A DNA stretch of 64,000 nt from NCBI GenBank assembly GCA_024346625.1, contig AP024664.1:682001-746000 (forward strand), written 5' to 3'. The notes beneath the pieces were generated by a model. It was not told where the DNA came from and ran no database searches. It worked only from the letters and a program-made list of their open reading frames with translations. Shown one piece after another: positions 55,722 to 64,000 of the stretch (its first letter is position 1; the number at the start of each line of letters is the position of its first letter). Source of the stretch: Williopsis jadinii (taxonomy: Eukaryota). A program made the translations under genes and the position numbers.

Positions 55722-56213
55722 TTTGTCTATGTCTTGATGGGGATGTGAGGTGATGGTTGTGGACAAATTTGGTATCACAAATTATGAGTGGCTTTGGACA
55801 GGGACAAGGACAAGGACAAGACTGTGTTCTTAAAGGCAAAAAAAACCTGGACACTCGCTCTTCGAGTGCTAAAAAATGACCTTTGGAAGGTTGATATCGG
55901 TTCAAATATAAAAGCTGTGCAAAAGGGAAACTTCCATTTGATCGCGCCGGACGTCGTTTGGGGTCATCGCACTTTTTCCCTTCTATTTTGCTTTCCAACC
56001 TCTCGCTCCAGGTTTATTCGGCAATTTTTGTCCCTCTGTGTGGGTTTTTACCACTTTTCGCGTGCGCGCGGTTACTTTTTGTTGGGGAGGTTCTTGTCGT
56101 TCAGAATCCTGACCAGGGAATATCTCCGAGACCTTCTGAGACTTTCGAAGCTCATCTCCGTGGCCAAGTACGTGACGACCAGGCACCCTCAGCTGACTAC
56201 GGATTTGTTACAG

Positions 56214-56293
56214 GTATGAACTACTCCCAGATGCCCGCTGTTTACTAAGGCGACACTAACGTAATGCCCGTTTTTTTTCTTTTTCTTTTCTAG
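56214..56293 (+). other. Spliceosomal intron signature without an identified host gene
   Basis: CAG|GTATGA ... CACTAAC (56254-56260) ... long pyrimidine tract ... TAG|. Confidence 0.6.
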
Positions 56294-56726
56294 AGGCTTT
56301 AACGAAAACAAGTAGTGGACATGTTCACGTTGATGACCAACTGAGTGATCTGCACCAGCGTTTGAGAGAAGCGTCTACAATGAGTCCCCCACAACAGATA
56401 AAGCCAGACAAATAAACTTTCCAGACGTGTAAAGTTTTGTCCATGTTGACGAGATAAACGAGACAAACTGTGGGGCAGCACTTTTGTGCCGATAGGGACC
56501 ACACACATAGCAAAAAAGCAGGCCCAAATGGAGACAAACGGCGATTAACTCAAATAGGAAATGGTTACGAGGCCCGTGCGCTGGAGGAACAAAGTGACAG
56601 ACAGCTGATGGACACCTTGGACATCTTGGACATCTCGGACAACCTGGGACATTTGCAATACAACTTGTACTCGAACCTCCACCCAATTGATCAATTCCAA
56701 GGCAAAAGAAAAGCCATCATAGAAAG

Positions 56727-57683
56727 ATGTCCAAGTTCGACCTTCCAGAGAACTTCACAGAACTCGTCGCAAACACCTACAACGAAGCAGCTGACAAAGG
56801 CGACGTTGTCTTCACTGAATCCACCACAAAGTTCATCGACGACGACGACTTCCAATTCGCAATCACCTTTGCACCAAGTTTGGCTAAGAAGCCAACACAG
56901 GAAAAGGCACCAGAACAGGAGGCTCGTCCAGAGAACTTCAACCCGTTCCTCAACCCGGATCCCAAGCTTACTGTTGTTGCTGGATACGCAGATGACTACA
57001 ACATTCTCTTGAACAAGTTCCCAATCACTCCAAACCATCTGCTTTTGACCACAAAGGAGTTCAAGTCTCAGAATGCTCCGCTATCACCGGATGATTTGAT
57101 TGCATCTTTCAAGATCCTCGCCGAGTTGGAGAAGTCTTCCACCTCCAATGAGAAGTTCATGGGCTTCTACAACTGTGGTGATAACTCTGGTGCCTCACAA
57201 CCTCATAAGCATTTACAATTCATGAAGTATCCTGACAATTTCACCCCATTCCCTGCCAGCATCGCTGCCTCAGAGGAGCACTTCATTGCCAACTCCAACA
57301 AGGAGCCTTTACAGAGCCCAAAGTTACCATTTGCACACTTCATCTTACCATTGCCAAAGGATAAGGAGACTCTGTACGATGAGGATTATTTGGTGCTGGC
57401 GTTCTCATCTTTGCTACAGAGAGTCATGACAATATTGAGAGACGCTGAGAAGCCTATTGCATATAACGTTGTCTTCACGACCAAATGGATGATGGTGGTT
57501 CCAAGATCTCAACCGTACTACAAGGGCAAATTGGGCATCAACTCCGCAGGCTTCACAGGGTTAATCCTGGCAAAGAACCAGGAGCTGAATGACCTCATCT
57601 TGGAGGACGGTCCTCTAAAGATCTTGGAGGAAGTTGGGTTCCCAAACACCTCTGGCCAACCTACAGATGAGTACCACTACTGA
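56727..57683 (+). CDS. APA2: Diadenosine tetraphosphate phosphorylase
   Basis: NPFLNPD, LLNKFPI..HLLLTT..F..Q, FYNCGDNSGASQPHKHLQ, INSAGFTG.IL; APA1/APA2 family, position matches APA2. Confidence 0.92.
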   Translation: MSKFDLPENFTELVANTYNEAADKGDVVFTESTTKFIDDDDFQFAITFAPSLAKKPTQEKAPEQEARPENFNPFLNPDPKLTVVAGYADDYNILLNKFPITPNHLLLTTKEFKSQNAPLSPDDLIASFKILAELEKSSTSNEKFMGFYNCGDNSGASQPHKHLQFMKYPDNFTPFPASIAASEEHFIANSNKEPLQSPKLPFAHFILPLPKDKETLYDEDYLVLAFSSLLQRVMTILRDAEKPIAYNVVFTTKWMMVVPRSQPYYKGKLGINSAGFTGLILAKNQELNDLILEDGPLKILEEVGFPNTSGQPTDEYHY

Positions 57684-57735
57684 ACAGAAAGGAGACAACG
57701 GCTCGTGATTCCACTTGATTATACGGGATTTTTAT

Positions 57736-60459
57736 TCACAACAAGTTGATCTTCCATGGTTTCCCCATGACAACACCCGGGTTCTTAACAACAATGTAGT
57801 TTTCCTTAGATTCAAGAGACAAACCTCTAGTCTGACCAGCCTGCTCTGCAGTTGCACTTTCAACAGATTCTCTGCCCAAGATGATTACTCTCTCCAATGT
57901 GTTTGAGACGTCCATCGAACCGTTCAGCACTTGTGAGCTCAAGACACCATCTCTGAAGCTCAAATCGAGATAGATAAATTCACCATGCTCATAGTCATAA
58001 GTTTCTCCATCGTCGATGTATAACTTGCCCTGTGCCTCTCCATTAGAGTCAGCAGCAACAACTAGCGTATAAGGATCGTACTTCATCAACTTAGACGACC
58101 GTCTGTATCTATCCTTTCTTGGTGTAATGGACCCATCCTTGATATACACTGGAATCTTTTCCAATGGTGCATCAACCACATGTTCACCACGACCTTGCAA
58201 CACTTCAAATGTCTTGTAATCAAAGTATTTTGAGTCGTCTGGGAGATAAACGGTTTGCTTTTCAGCACCTTCCTCAGTAACAGGTGTAACGAGCAAATCA
58301 CCAACGAAGAAGCTGTTTTCAATAGCAAAAGTAGACTCATCGTCAGGGAATCTATAGAACAGAGGTGTCATCACAGGCGTACCGGTCAAACTCGACTCGT
58401 AGAACTTTGTATACCAAAGTGGTAAAAGCGAATAACGCAGCTTCACAGCCTCTGTCATCAGAGAAGTGTATGGTTCACCAGCGATCCATGGCTCTCTTCT
58501 TCTAGCATCGATATGTGCGTGTGCTCTGAAGAATGGATACCAAATACCAGCCTGGTACCATCTGGTCAATAGCTCCTTGGAAGGATTACCAAAGAATCCA
58601 CCGACATCTGCACCAGAAAATGGCATACCGGCGAGGTTTTGGGTCAAAATCATCGGGATACTGATCTTGAGATATTCCCATTTGGACATGTTATCACCAG
58701 TCCACATAGCAGCTGTTCTTTGGGACCCGGAAAAGTAGGCACGGGTAAGGATGAATGGACGTTTGTTACCGTAACGGGCCTTCATGGCCTCAAATGTAGC
58801 CTCGTGGTATGTCATTCCGTAGATGTTATGGTCAGATCTAATCTCAACACTTTCATGGGTGATCAGATCCTTTGGAGACGTCGTTTCAGGACCCGAGAAC
58901 ACTGATGGCTCATTCATATCGTTCCAGATATGGAGATTCGTGGCATCGCCAGAGAATTCGGTGTTGTTCTGGAACAGAGTCGTCCAGTAGTCCACCGCAC
59001 TGGACTTGAAAGTATCGATCCAGATGGACTCGCCTGGCCAACAGTGTCCATGGAATGGCTCGCCTTCTTTGTTCAAGACTGCCATATCGTTAGCCTCCAG
59101 GTTCTTAGACACCTCGTAGCCCAGTTTGATATGTGGATCGATGATGGTAACAAGATTGCGACCAGTAGAAGCCAACTTCTTCAGCATGCCATCAGGATCA
59201 GGGAAGGACTCCTTCTTCCACGTGAAGTACTTCTTACTATCAGTATACTCAATATCTAACCAGATTGTATCGTATGGAATGTTGTACTTATCCATGTTTT
59301 CAGTGATTTTGAGCACATCATCCTCATCGTTGTAGTTCCATCTACACTGATGGTAACCAAGAGAGAACAACTGAGGTAGTGGGGTTGTACCGGTTAATGA
59401 GGCATAGTTCTCTGTGATTTGCTCTGGTGTTTCAGCAATGAGAATAACAACGTCAATAATTCCATTCTCAGACATCCAATGGGCACTTGTAGATTCCTTT
59501 GAGGTGATTACACCGTCAGAGGATTCCTCTTCTCTATCAATGTCAACGTATGTATCAGCACCGTTAATCCAGAACACTCCAGTGGAGAGGCCTGGTTTAT
59601 GAGCAACCAGATACGGAATTGCACCATACATTGCCAGTTTTGAATCAGTCTCATACTCAAAGATATCAACATTGTACAGACGGTATGGCTCTGAACTCTT
59701 AGTATCCTTCAACACGAGAGAGTCAGCATGCTCTGGAATACCGTAGACATATTTGAACCCGTTAAAAGTCACATCCAGTGCAACAGATTCAGGACCAAAT
59801 GGTAGAGAGTCCGCATTTGAATCCTTGAACGAGTCGTGGAAAGCGTCAAAATCGGACTCCTCTGGGAGCCTGTTAGCATCGTTGTCCTCTTCTACTCTAT
59901 AATGCTCTATATTCAACAGGTTCTTCTCGTTGAGCACAACCTGAACCGCACCCTTGTACTTCAGCACGACCTGGAACGTTCCAAGATGGATCTCCAGCGT
60001 GTACTTCCCGCCACCGTAGCTCACCGAGATCACATCACCAGACTCTTCCACTTGATAGTCCTTCGATGGCATTGGTTCAGTGGCAAATGCCCACTTATGA
60101 GCCCCACTATATCTTTCCTTTTGAAGCAGCTTGCTGCCCCAGTTGACCTGAGAACGGTCCTCATCAATCCTGACCCTGATGTTATCGTTCTCCAGGATAT
60201 CAACTTCAAAGGGCAACTTCACCACATGTGAGTCGTTGAGAACCTTGTGGATGTCACCAGAGATCTTCGAATCACCCAATTGAACCGAGTCTCTAGCCAC
60301 AGTGTAGTAGGACTTGTTTGTCTTTGCTATCTCCTGTGCGTAGTGACGATTTCTATGGCAGAACCCAGATTGATCGCACGTCTTGAACAACTCTTTCTTC
60401 ACCGCAATGACCCCATAGAACAGGGCAAAGAGACAGAGGAAAAAGCGAGCCAACTTCAT
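57736..60459 (-). CDS. ROT2: ER glucosidase II alpha subunit (GH31)
   Basis: Signal peptide, FKTCDQSGFCHRNR, GYHQCRWNY, IWLDIEY, IWNDMNEPSVF, WTGDN, FFRAHAHID. Confidence 0.96.
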   Translation of the reverse strand: MKLARFFLCLFALFYGVIAVKKELFKTCDQSGFCHRNRHYAQEIAKTNKSYYTVARDSVQLGDSKISGDIHKVLNDSHVVKLPFEVDILENDNIRVRIDEDRSQVNWGSKLLQKERYSGAHKWAFATEPMPSKDYQVEESGDVISVSYGGGKYTLEIHLGTFQVVLKYKGAVQVVLNEKNLLNIEHYRVEEDNDANRLPEESDFDAFHDSFKDSNADSLPFGPESVALDVTFNGFKYVYGIPEHADSLVLKDTKSSEPYRLYNVDIFEYETDSKLAMYGAIPYLVAHKPGLSTGVFWINGADTYVDIDREEESSDGVITSKESTSAHWMSENGIIDVVILIAETPEQITENYASLTGTTPLPQLFSLGYHQCRWNYNDEDDVLKITENMDKYNIPYDTIWLDIEYTDSKKYFTWKKESFPDPDGMLKKLASTGRNLVTIIDPHIKLGYEVSKNLEANDMAVLNKEGEPFHGHCWPGESIWIDTFKSSAVDYWTTLFQNNTEFSGDATNLHIWNDMNEPSVFSGPETTSPKDLITHESVEIRSDHNIYGMTYHEATFEAMKARYGNKRPFILTRAYFSGSQRTAAMWTGDNMSKWEYLKISIPMILTQNLAGMPFSGADVGGFFGNPSKELLTRWYQAGIWYPFFRAHAHIDARRREPWIAGEPYTSLMTEAVKLRYSLLPLWYTKFYESSLTGTPVMTPLFYRFPDDESTFAIENSFFVGDLLVTPVTEEGAEKQTVYLPDDSKYFDYKTFEVLQGRGEHVVDAPLEKIPVYIKDGSITPRKDRYRRSSKLMKYDPYTLVVAADSNGEAQGKLYIDDGETYDYEHGEFIYLDLSFRDGVLSSQVLNGSMDVSNTLERVIILGRESVESATAEQAGQTRGLSLESKENYIVVKNPGVVMGKPWKINLL

Positions 60460-60694
60460 GCTGTTCCTTTCAGAATGACCTCCCTTTTCCAGTACAATGT
60501 CCTGAACAAATGTTGAAGACTACAACGATGTTTCCGTTACGTGTATTTAAAGTTCGCGATGGGCCTGGTGCTGGAGGGACTAGGCAGTGGGGGTGGGGAC
60601 TATGAAGCCAAGACCTAGAAACACACAAGAGACTAAGGACTAAAGGACTAGAGGACTAGAGGAGAAGAACATAGAGTGTAGATTAAGCAGTTAT

Positions 60695-61992
60695 TCACTT
60701 CTTTTTACCAAAGAAACTCATCAGTGTACTCTGCTTGGTGCCTGATTTGGCCTTCTTTGCAGGTGACTTCGACTCCAATGATGATGTGGCAGTTCTTGCC
60801 CTGGGCTTAGGATTCGGTGCTGATTTCTGTTTGGCTTCCACCTTTGTCACGAGGTAGCCATCTTCGTCGTAGTAACTCGTCACTGAATCTGACGCTTCCT
60901 TGGAAGCTTCTTTGGAGACCTCTTTGGGTTCGCTCGTCTTAGCAGGCGAACTCTTCACCGAGCTATTCAGTTGTTGTGGTTGTGATTGCGATTGTGACTG
61001 AGACGCTGAGAAACTGGAATCAAAGATACCTTCCAGATCCGCATGCTTTGAAGCTGTTACAGGCTGTGTTTTATCCGGCTGTACTTGACCTTTTCGCTCA
61101 TATACTTCAAAGCCATCGTCGTCATCGAACATGGATTCCAATTCTTTCCTCTTCCTGTCCTTTTCCTGTTTCTCCAACTCTTGTTTCTTGATGAACTCTT
61201 CGTCGTTTAGATATTCATCTTCAATCAATTCAGCAGCTCCACCATTTACAGGCTCAGTCTTCGATCTTCTAGTAACACCAGGTTTGATAGTGTTCGAAGA
61301 TGAGGTTGTTTTCGAGGCCAATGTGGTAGAGATCGAAGGTTGGTCCTTCTTGATAGGCTTTTCTTTAGTCTTATACTTCTCTAGTATTCTTGCCGATGCA
61401 AGTCCCGTGTCAAATCTTGAAGCCTTGCTGTTGGAGGATTCCTCCCTTGTCTTATTAATTGGCTTTTGAACTTCCTGACGTATTGGATTGGTGGTCTCTG
61501 TATGTATCGTTTCAGCTTCGATAAATTCAGGTCCTCTGATGATCCCCCATTTTTTGAATCCATCCTGTGTCAATGGGAACCTTTCCACTTCAGACACGTT
61601 GCTCTGTACAATTTCATCAATGGTGAGATTCTTTGGAGCAAGAGCGTATACTTCAATAGAGTCGAGCTTCTCAAACTCATCTTGGTCCCCCAAGTTCTTT
61701 GTCAATTTGATACTCAGCAGGTCATCGGAGTCTTGTAGTTGTCCCAGCAGAAGATACGTGGGTTCTACTTCATCCTTGAACTTAAGATAGAAGCTATAAA
61801 GCAGAGCTTTAGCATCTGACGTGTGAATATTCAACTCTCTCGACAAGAGCTTATACGTGAACTATCCATAGCGGATGATTGTTAGTAGTTGTCCTGGTCA
61901 TCGTAATCATTCCTTCCAAGTCAACTCACAGGCTTATTCCCCTTGATAAGAGACTCCTTCAGAAGCTCTGTACTTTTGTCCAGTAGTCCCAT
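60695..61992 (-). CDS. POL32: DNA polymerase delta third subunit; exons 61992-61930 and 61861-60695
   Basis: 68 nt intron GTGAGT..TACTAAC..TAG gives MGLLDKSTELLKESLIKGNKP|FTYKLLSRELNIH; YYDEDGYLVTK and C-terminal PIP box KQSTLMSFF; ACGCGT at ~62111 upstream. Confidence 0.92.
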
Positions 61993-62295
61993 TACTGACC
62001 CTCTTTATGATGTCCTTGTCCTATTAAGACCCGATCAACAATGTCCATCGAGGAGAGGGACAAGACACGCTCAAAAGTCCTAGGCCAAACCTCTTTTTTT
62101 TCGCTACACGACGCGTCTGTCCCCAAACTCTAATGGGTGTCCGCGAACTTGTTTTGTAGATTTTAGAAAAAGACTGGTGTCTGGATGTTTTGTCTTGCAA
62201 GGTGAAAAATTTCTTTCGGCAGTTGGACAAAAACTTTTAGGACATTCAAGATCACCGTTCATTTGTCGTTAGATAGTTGAGATATACCTGACAAG

Positions 62296-63621
62296 ATGAG
62301 TGATTTGACATCAGAAGAGCTTGAGATCGCTCGCCAATATGACTTGGTTCAGAAGATGATTCCATTCTTTGACCGTCATCTTCTTTACCCAATCCTGGAG
62401 TCGCTTGGAGACATCTACGATGAGAAGACCATCACCAAGCTTACCTATGAGCTGTTCAAAGACACAAACATGACCAACTTCTTGGAGGAACAATGGAAGA
62501 AATTGGATGGCGGGTCATTGCCTGCTGAGATTGTTGCTAAGAAGGAACAGAAGGAGAAGGAGTTTGCCAACTTGAACGAGGCTACGAAGAAAGTGTTGGA
62601 TGTGCTACGCCAGCAAGATGTCCAGGAGCATTTGGGCCAGGATAAGAACCTGAATAGAGAATACTTGGAACAGAACCACGGTATCACAGAGGAGGACATT
62701 GACAGACTGTACGAGTTTGGTCAGTTCCAGTACAACAGCGGTGACTACGTGATGGCTTCCGATTTGCTCTCAAACTTCAGAGCATTGACTACAAACAGTG
62801 AAAAGGTGTTGAACGCCACTTGGGGTAAATTAGCCTGCGAGATTATCAGCACAAATTGGGAGTCCGCATTGAAGGAGCTGGCCAAGCTCAGAGAAGTCAT
62901 CGATACGAGATCATTTGGTGAGACATTGGTTCAACTCCATTACAGAACTTGGATCATCCACTGGTCTTTGTTCCCTTTCTTCAACACCGATAACGGATTG
63001 GAGGGATTGTTGGATCTATACTTTTCATCTTCTTACTTGTCAACGATCCAGGCCGCATGTCCTTGGATCTTGAGATACCTCGTTGCTGCCGTGGTGGGCT
63101 CAGAGTCCTCCACCAAGAGTAACTTGTCCAATCCAAACTTCCAAAAGAGACTCAAAGATTTGATCAGAATCGTCGACCAAGAGCAGTACGAGTACAACGA
63201 CCCTCTTACAGGCTTCATCAAGGCTCTATACATTGATTTTGACTTCGAAGAGGCTAACAACAAGTTGAACGAGTCATTGGTGATCTTCAAGACCGACTTC
63301 TTCTTGGCTAACGTATCCGACATCTTTGTCAAAAACGCTAGACACCTGATTGCTGAGGTCTACTGCCGTGTTCATAACAGAATCGACCTTAACGACTTCT
63401 CCAAATTCCTCAACTTGTCCAGAGACGACGGTGAGAAATGGATTGCTAACCTCATCAAACAGACAAAGATGAACGCCAAGATTGACGAAGCTGCGGGTTC
63501 TGTATCATTCGAACACCCAAGTGGTAATGTTTATCAACATGTTATTGAAAAGACAAAGGGTCTTTCATTCAAGGCTAACCAGATCTTGGCCACTGCTCTT
63601 CAACAACAAGATCAAGTGTAA
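62296..63621 (+). CDS. INT6: Translation initiation factor 3 subunit e (Int6, PCI domain)
   Basis: YDL..KMIPFFDRHLLYPILE, WGKLACEII, RTWIIHWSLFPFFN, YLSTIQAACPWILRYL, VYQHVIEKTKGL. Confidence 0.93.
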   Translation: MSDLTSEELEIARQYDLVQKMIPFFDRHLLYPILESLGDIYDEKTITKLTYELFKDTNMTNFLEEQWKKLDGGSLPAEIVAKKEQKEKEFANLNEATKKVLDVLRQQDVQEHLGQDKNLNREYLEQNHGITEEDIDRLYEFGQFQYNSGDYVMASDLLSNFRALTTNSEKVLNATWGKLACEIISTNWESALKELAKLREVIDTRSFGETLVQLHYRTWIIHWSLFPFFNTDNGLEGLLDLYFSSSYLSTIQAACPWILRYLVAAVVGSESSTKSNLSNPNFQKRLKDLIRIVDQEQYEYNDPLTGFIKALYIDFDFEEANNKLNESLVIFKTDFFLANVSDIFVKNARHLIAEVYCRVHNRIDLNDFSKFLNLSRDDGEKWIANLIKQTKMNAKIDEAAGSVSFEHPSGNVYQHVIEKTKGLSFKANQILATALQQQDQV

Positions 63622-63745
63622 TGGTTTTACTTGGTTTGTTACCGTGTATACTAGTACCAAAAAAGATTAAATCAAATAAAGGTCTTTTCCCCTTCATAGG
63701 AAGAAAATTCTATAAAATTGTAATGTACTGCTATTCCCTTCTCTT

Positions 63746-64000
63746 TTAGACGGTTCTTTTGAATGCTTCTTTGGCAATCTGTGTCAACACATCCAATTCA
63801 CCACTATCGACACACATGCTGTAGAAAGTTGTTGATTTATCGCTGATCAGCTTGTATGGATGGTCAAATTCAACAACTTCACCAGCATCCATAACAAGAA
63901 TCTTGTCGTAATCAATGATAGATCTAAGTCTGTGCGCAATGGTCAAGATAGTAGAATTTGAGAATTCTTGTCTGATAGTCTGTTGAATCTTAGCATCAGA
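63746..64000 (-). CDS. C-terminus of an ABCC/MRP transporter, Ybt1-like (5'-truncated by window edge)
   Basis: [56 protein letters not shown]. Confidence 0.88.
   Translation of the reverse strand, partial: SDAKIQQTIRQEFSNSTILTIAHRLRSIIDYDKILVMDAGEVVEFDHPYKLISDKSTTFYSMCVDSGELDVLTQIAKEAFKRTV

Overview
Gene-dense window from an ascomycete budding yeast (Saccharomycotina). Short GT-AG introns with TACTAAC-type branch points and retention of NIK1 and eIF3e point to a non-Saccharomyces lineage; a Cyberlindnera/Wickerhamomyces-type yeast is my guess, not shown by the sequence. There are about 29 protein genes and one intron-containing tRNA-Ser(CGA). Recognisable genes: a Pirh2/RCHY1-like RING ligase (partial, missed by the ORF track), TVP18 (4 exons), a Cas5-like C2H2 factor, MDH1, PHO89, SRX1, SBE2-like, GTS1, BUD17, NIK1, BUD31, HCM1, ROY1, RSO55-like, ENA1, GAB1, KRE28, CAB1, APA2, ROT2, POL32 (spliced), eIF3e and a YBT1-like 3' end. 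Most unusual items: (1) a decayed Helitron RepHel N-terminal remnant just upstream of the tRNA; (2) a free-standing Trl1-type polynucleotide kinase domain gene; (3) four tandem, strongly diverged Art10-like alpha-arrestins behind a ~650 bp 9-mer minisatellite; (4) a NIK1 with a locally rewritten H-box; (5) an intron with no AUG-initiated host and a spliced orphan gene with an atypical 5' splice site. All gene identities, motif consensus sequences and S. cerevisiae gene-order statements are from memory; no searches were run.
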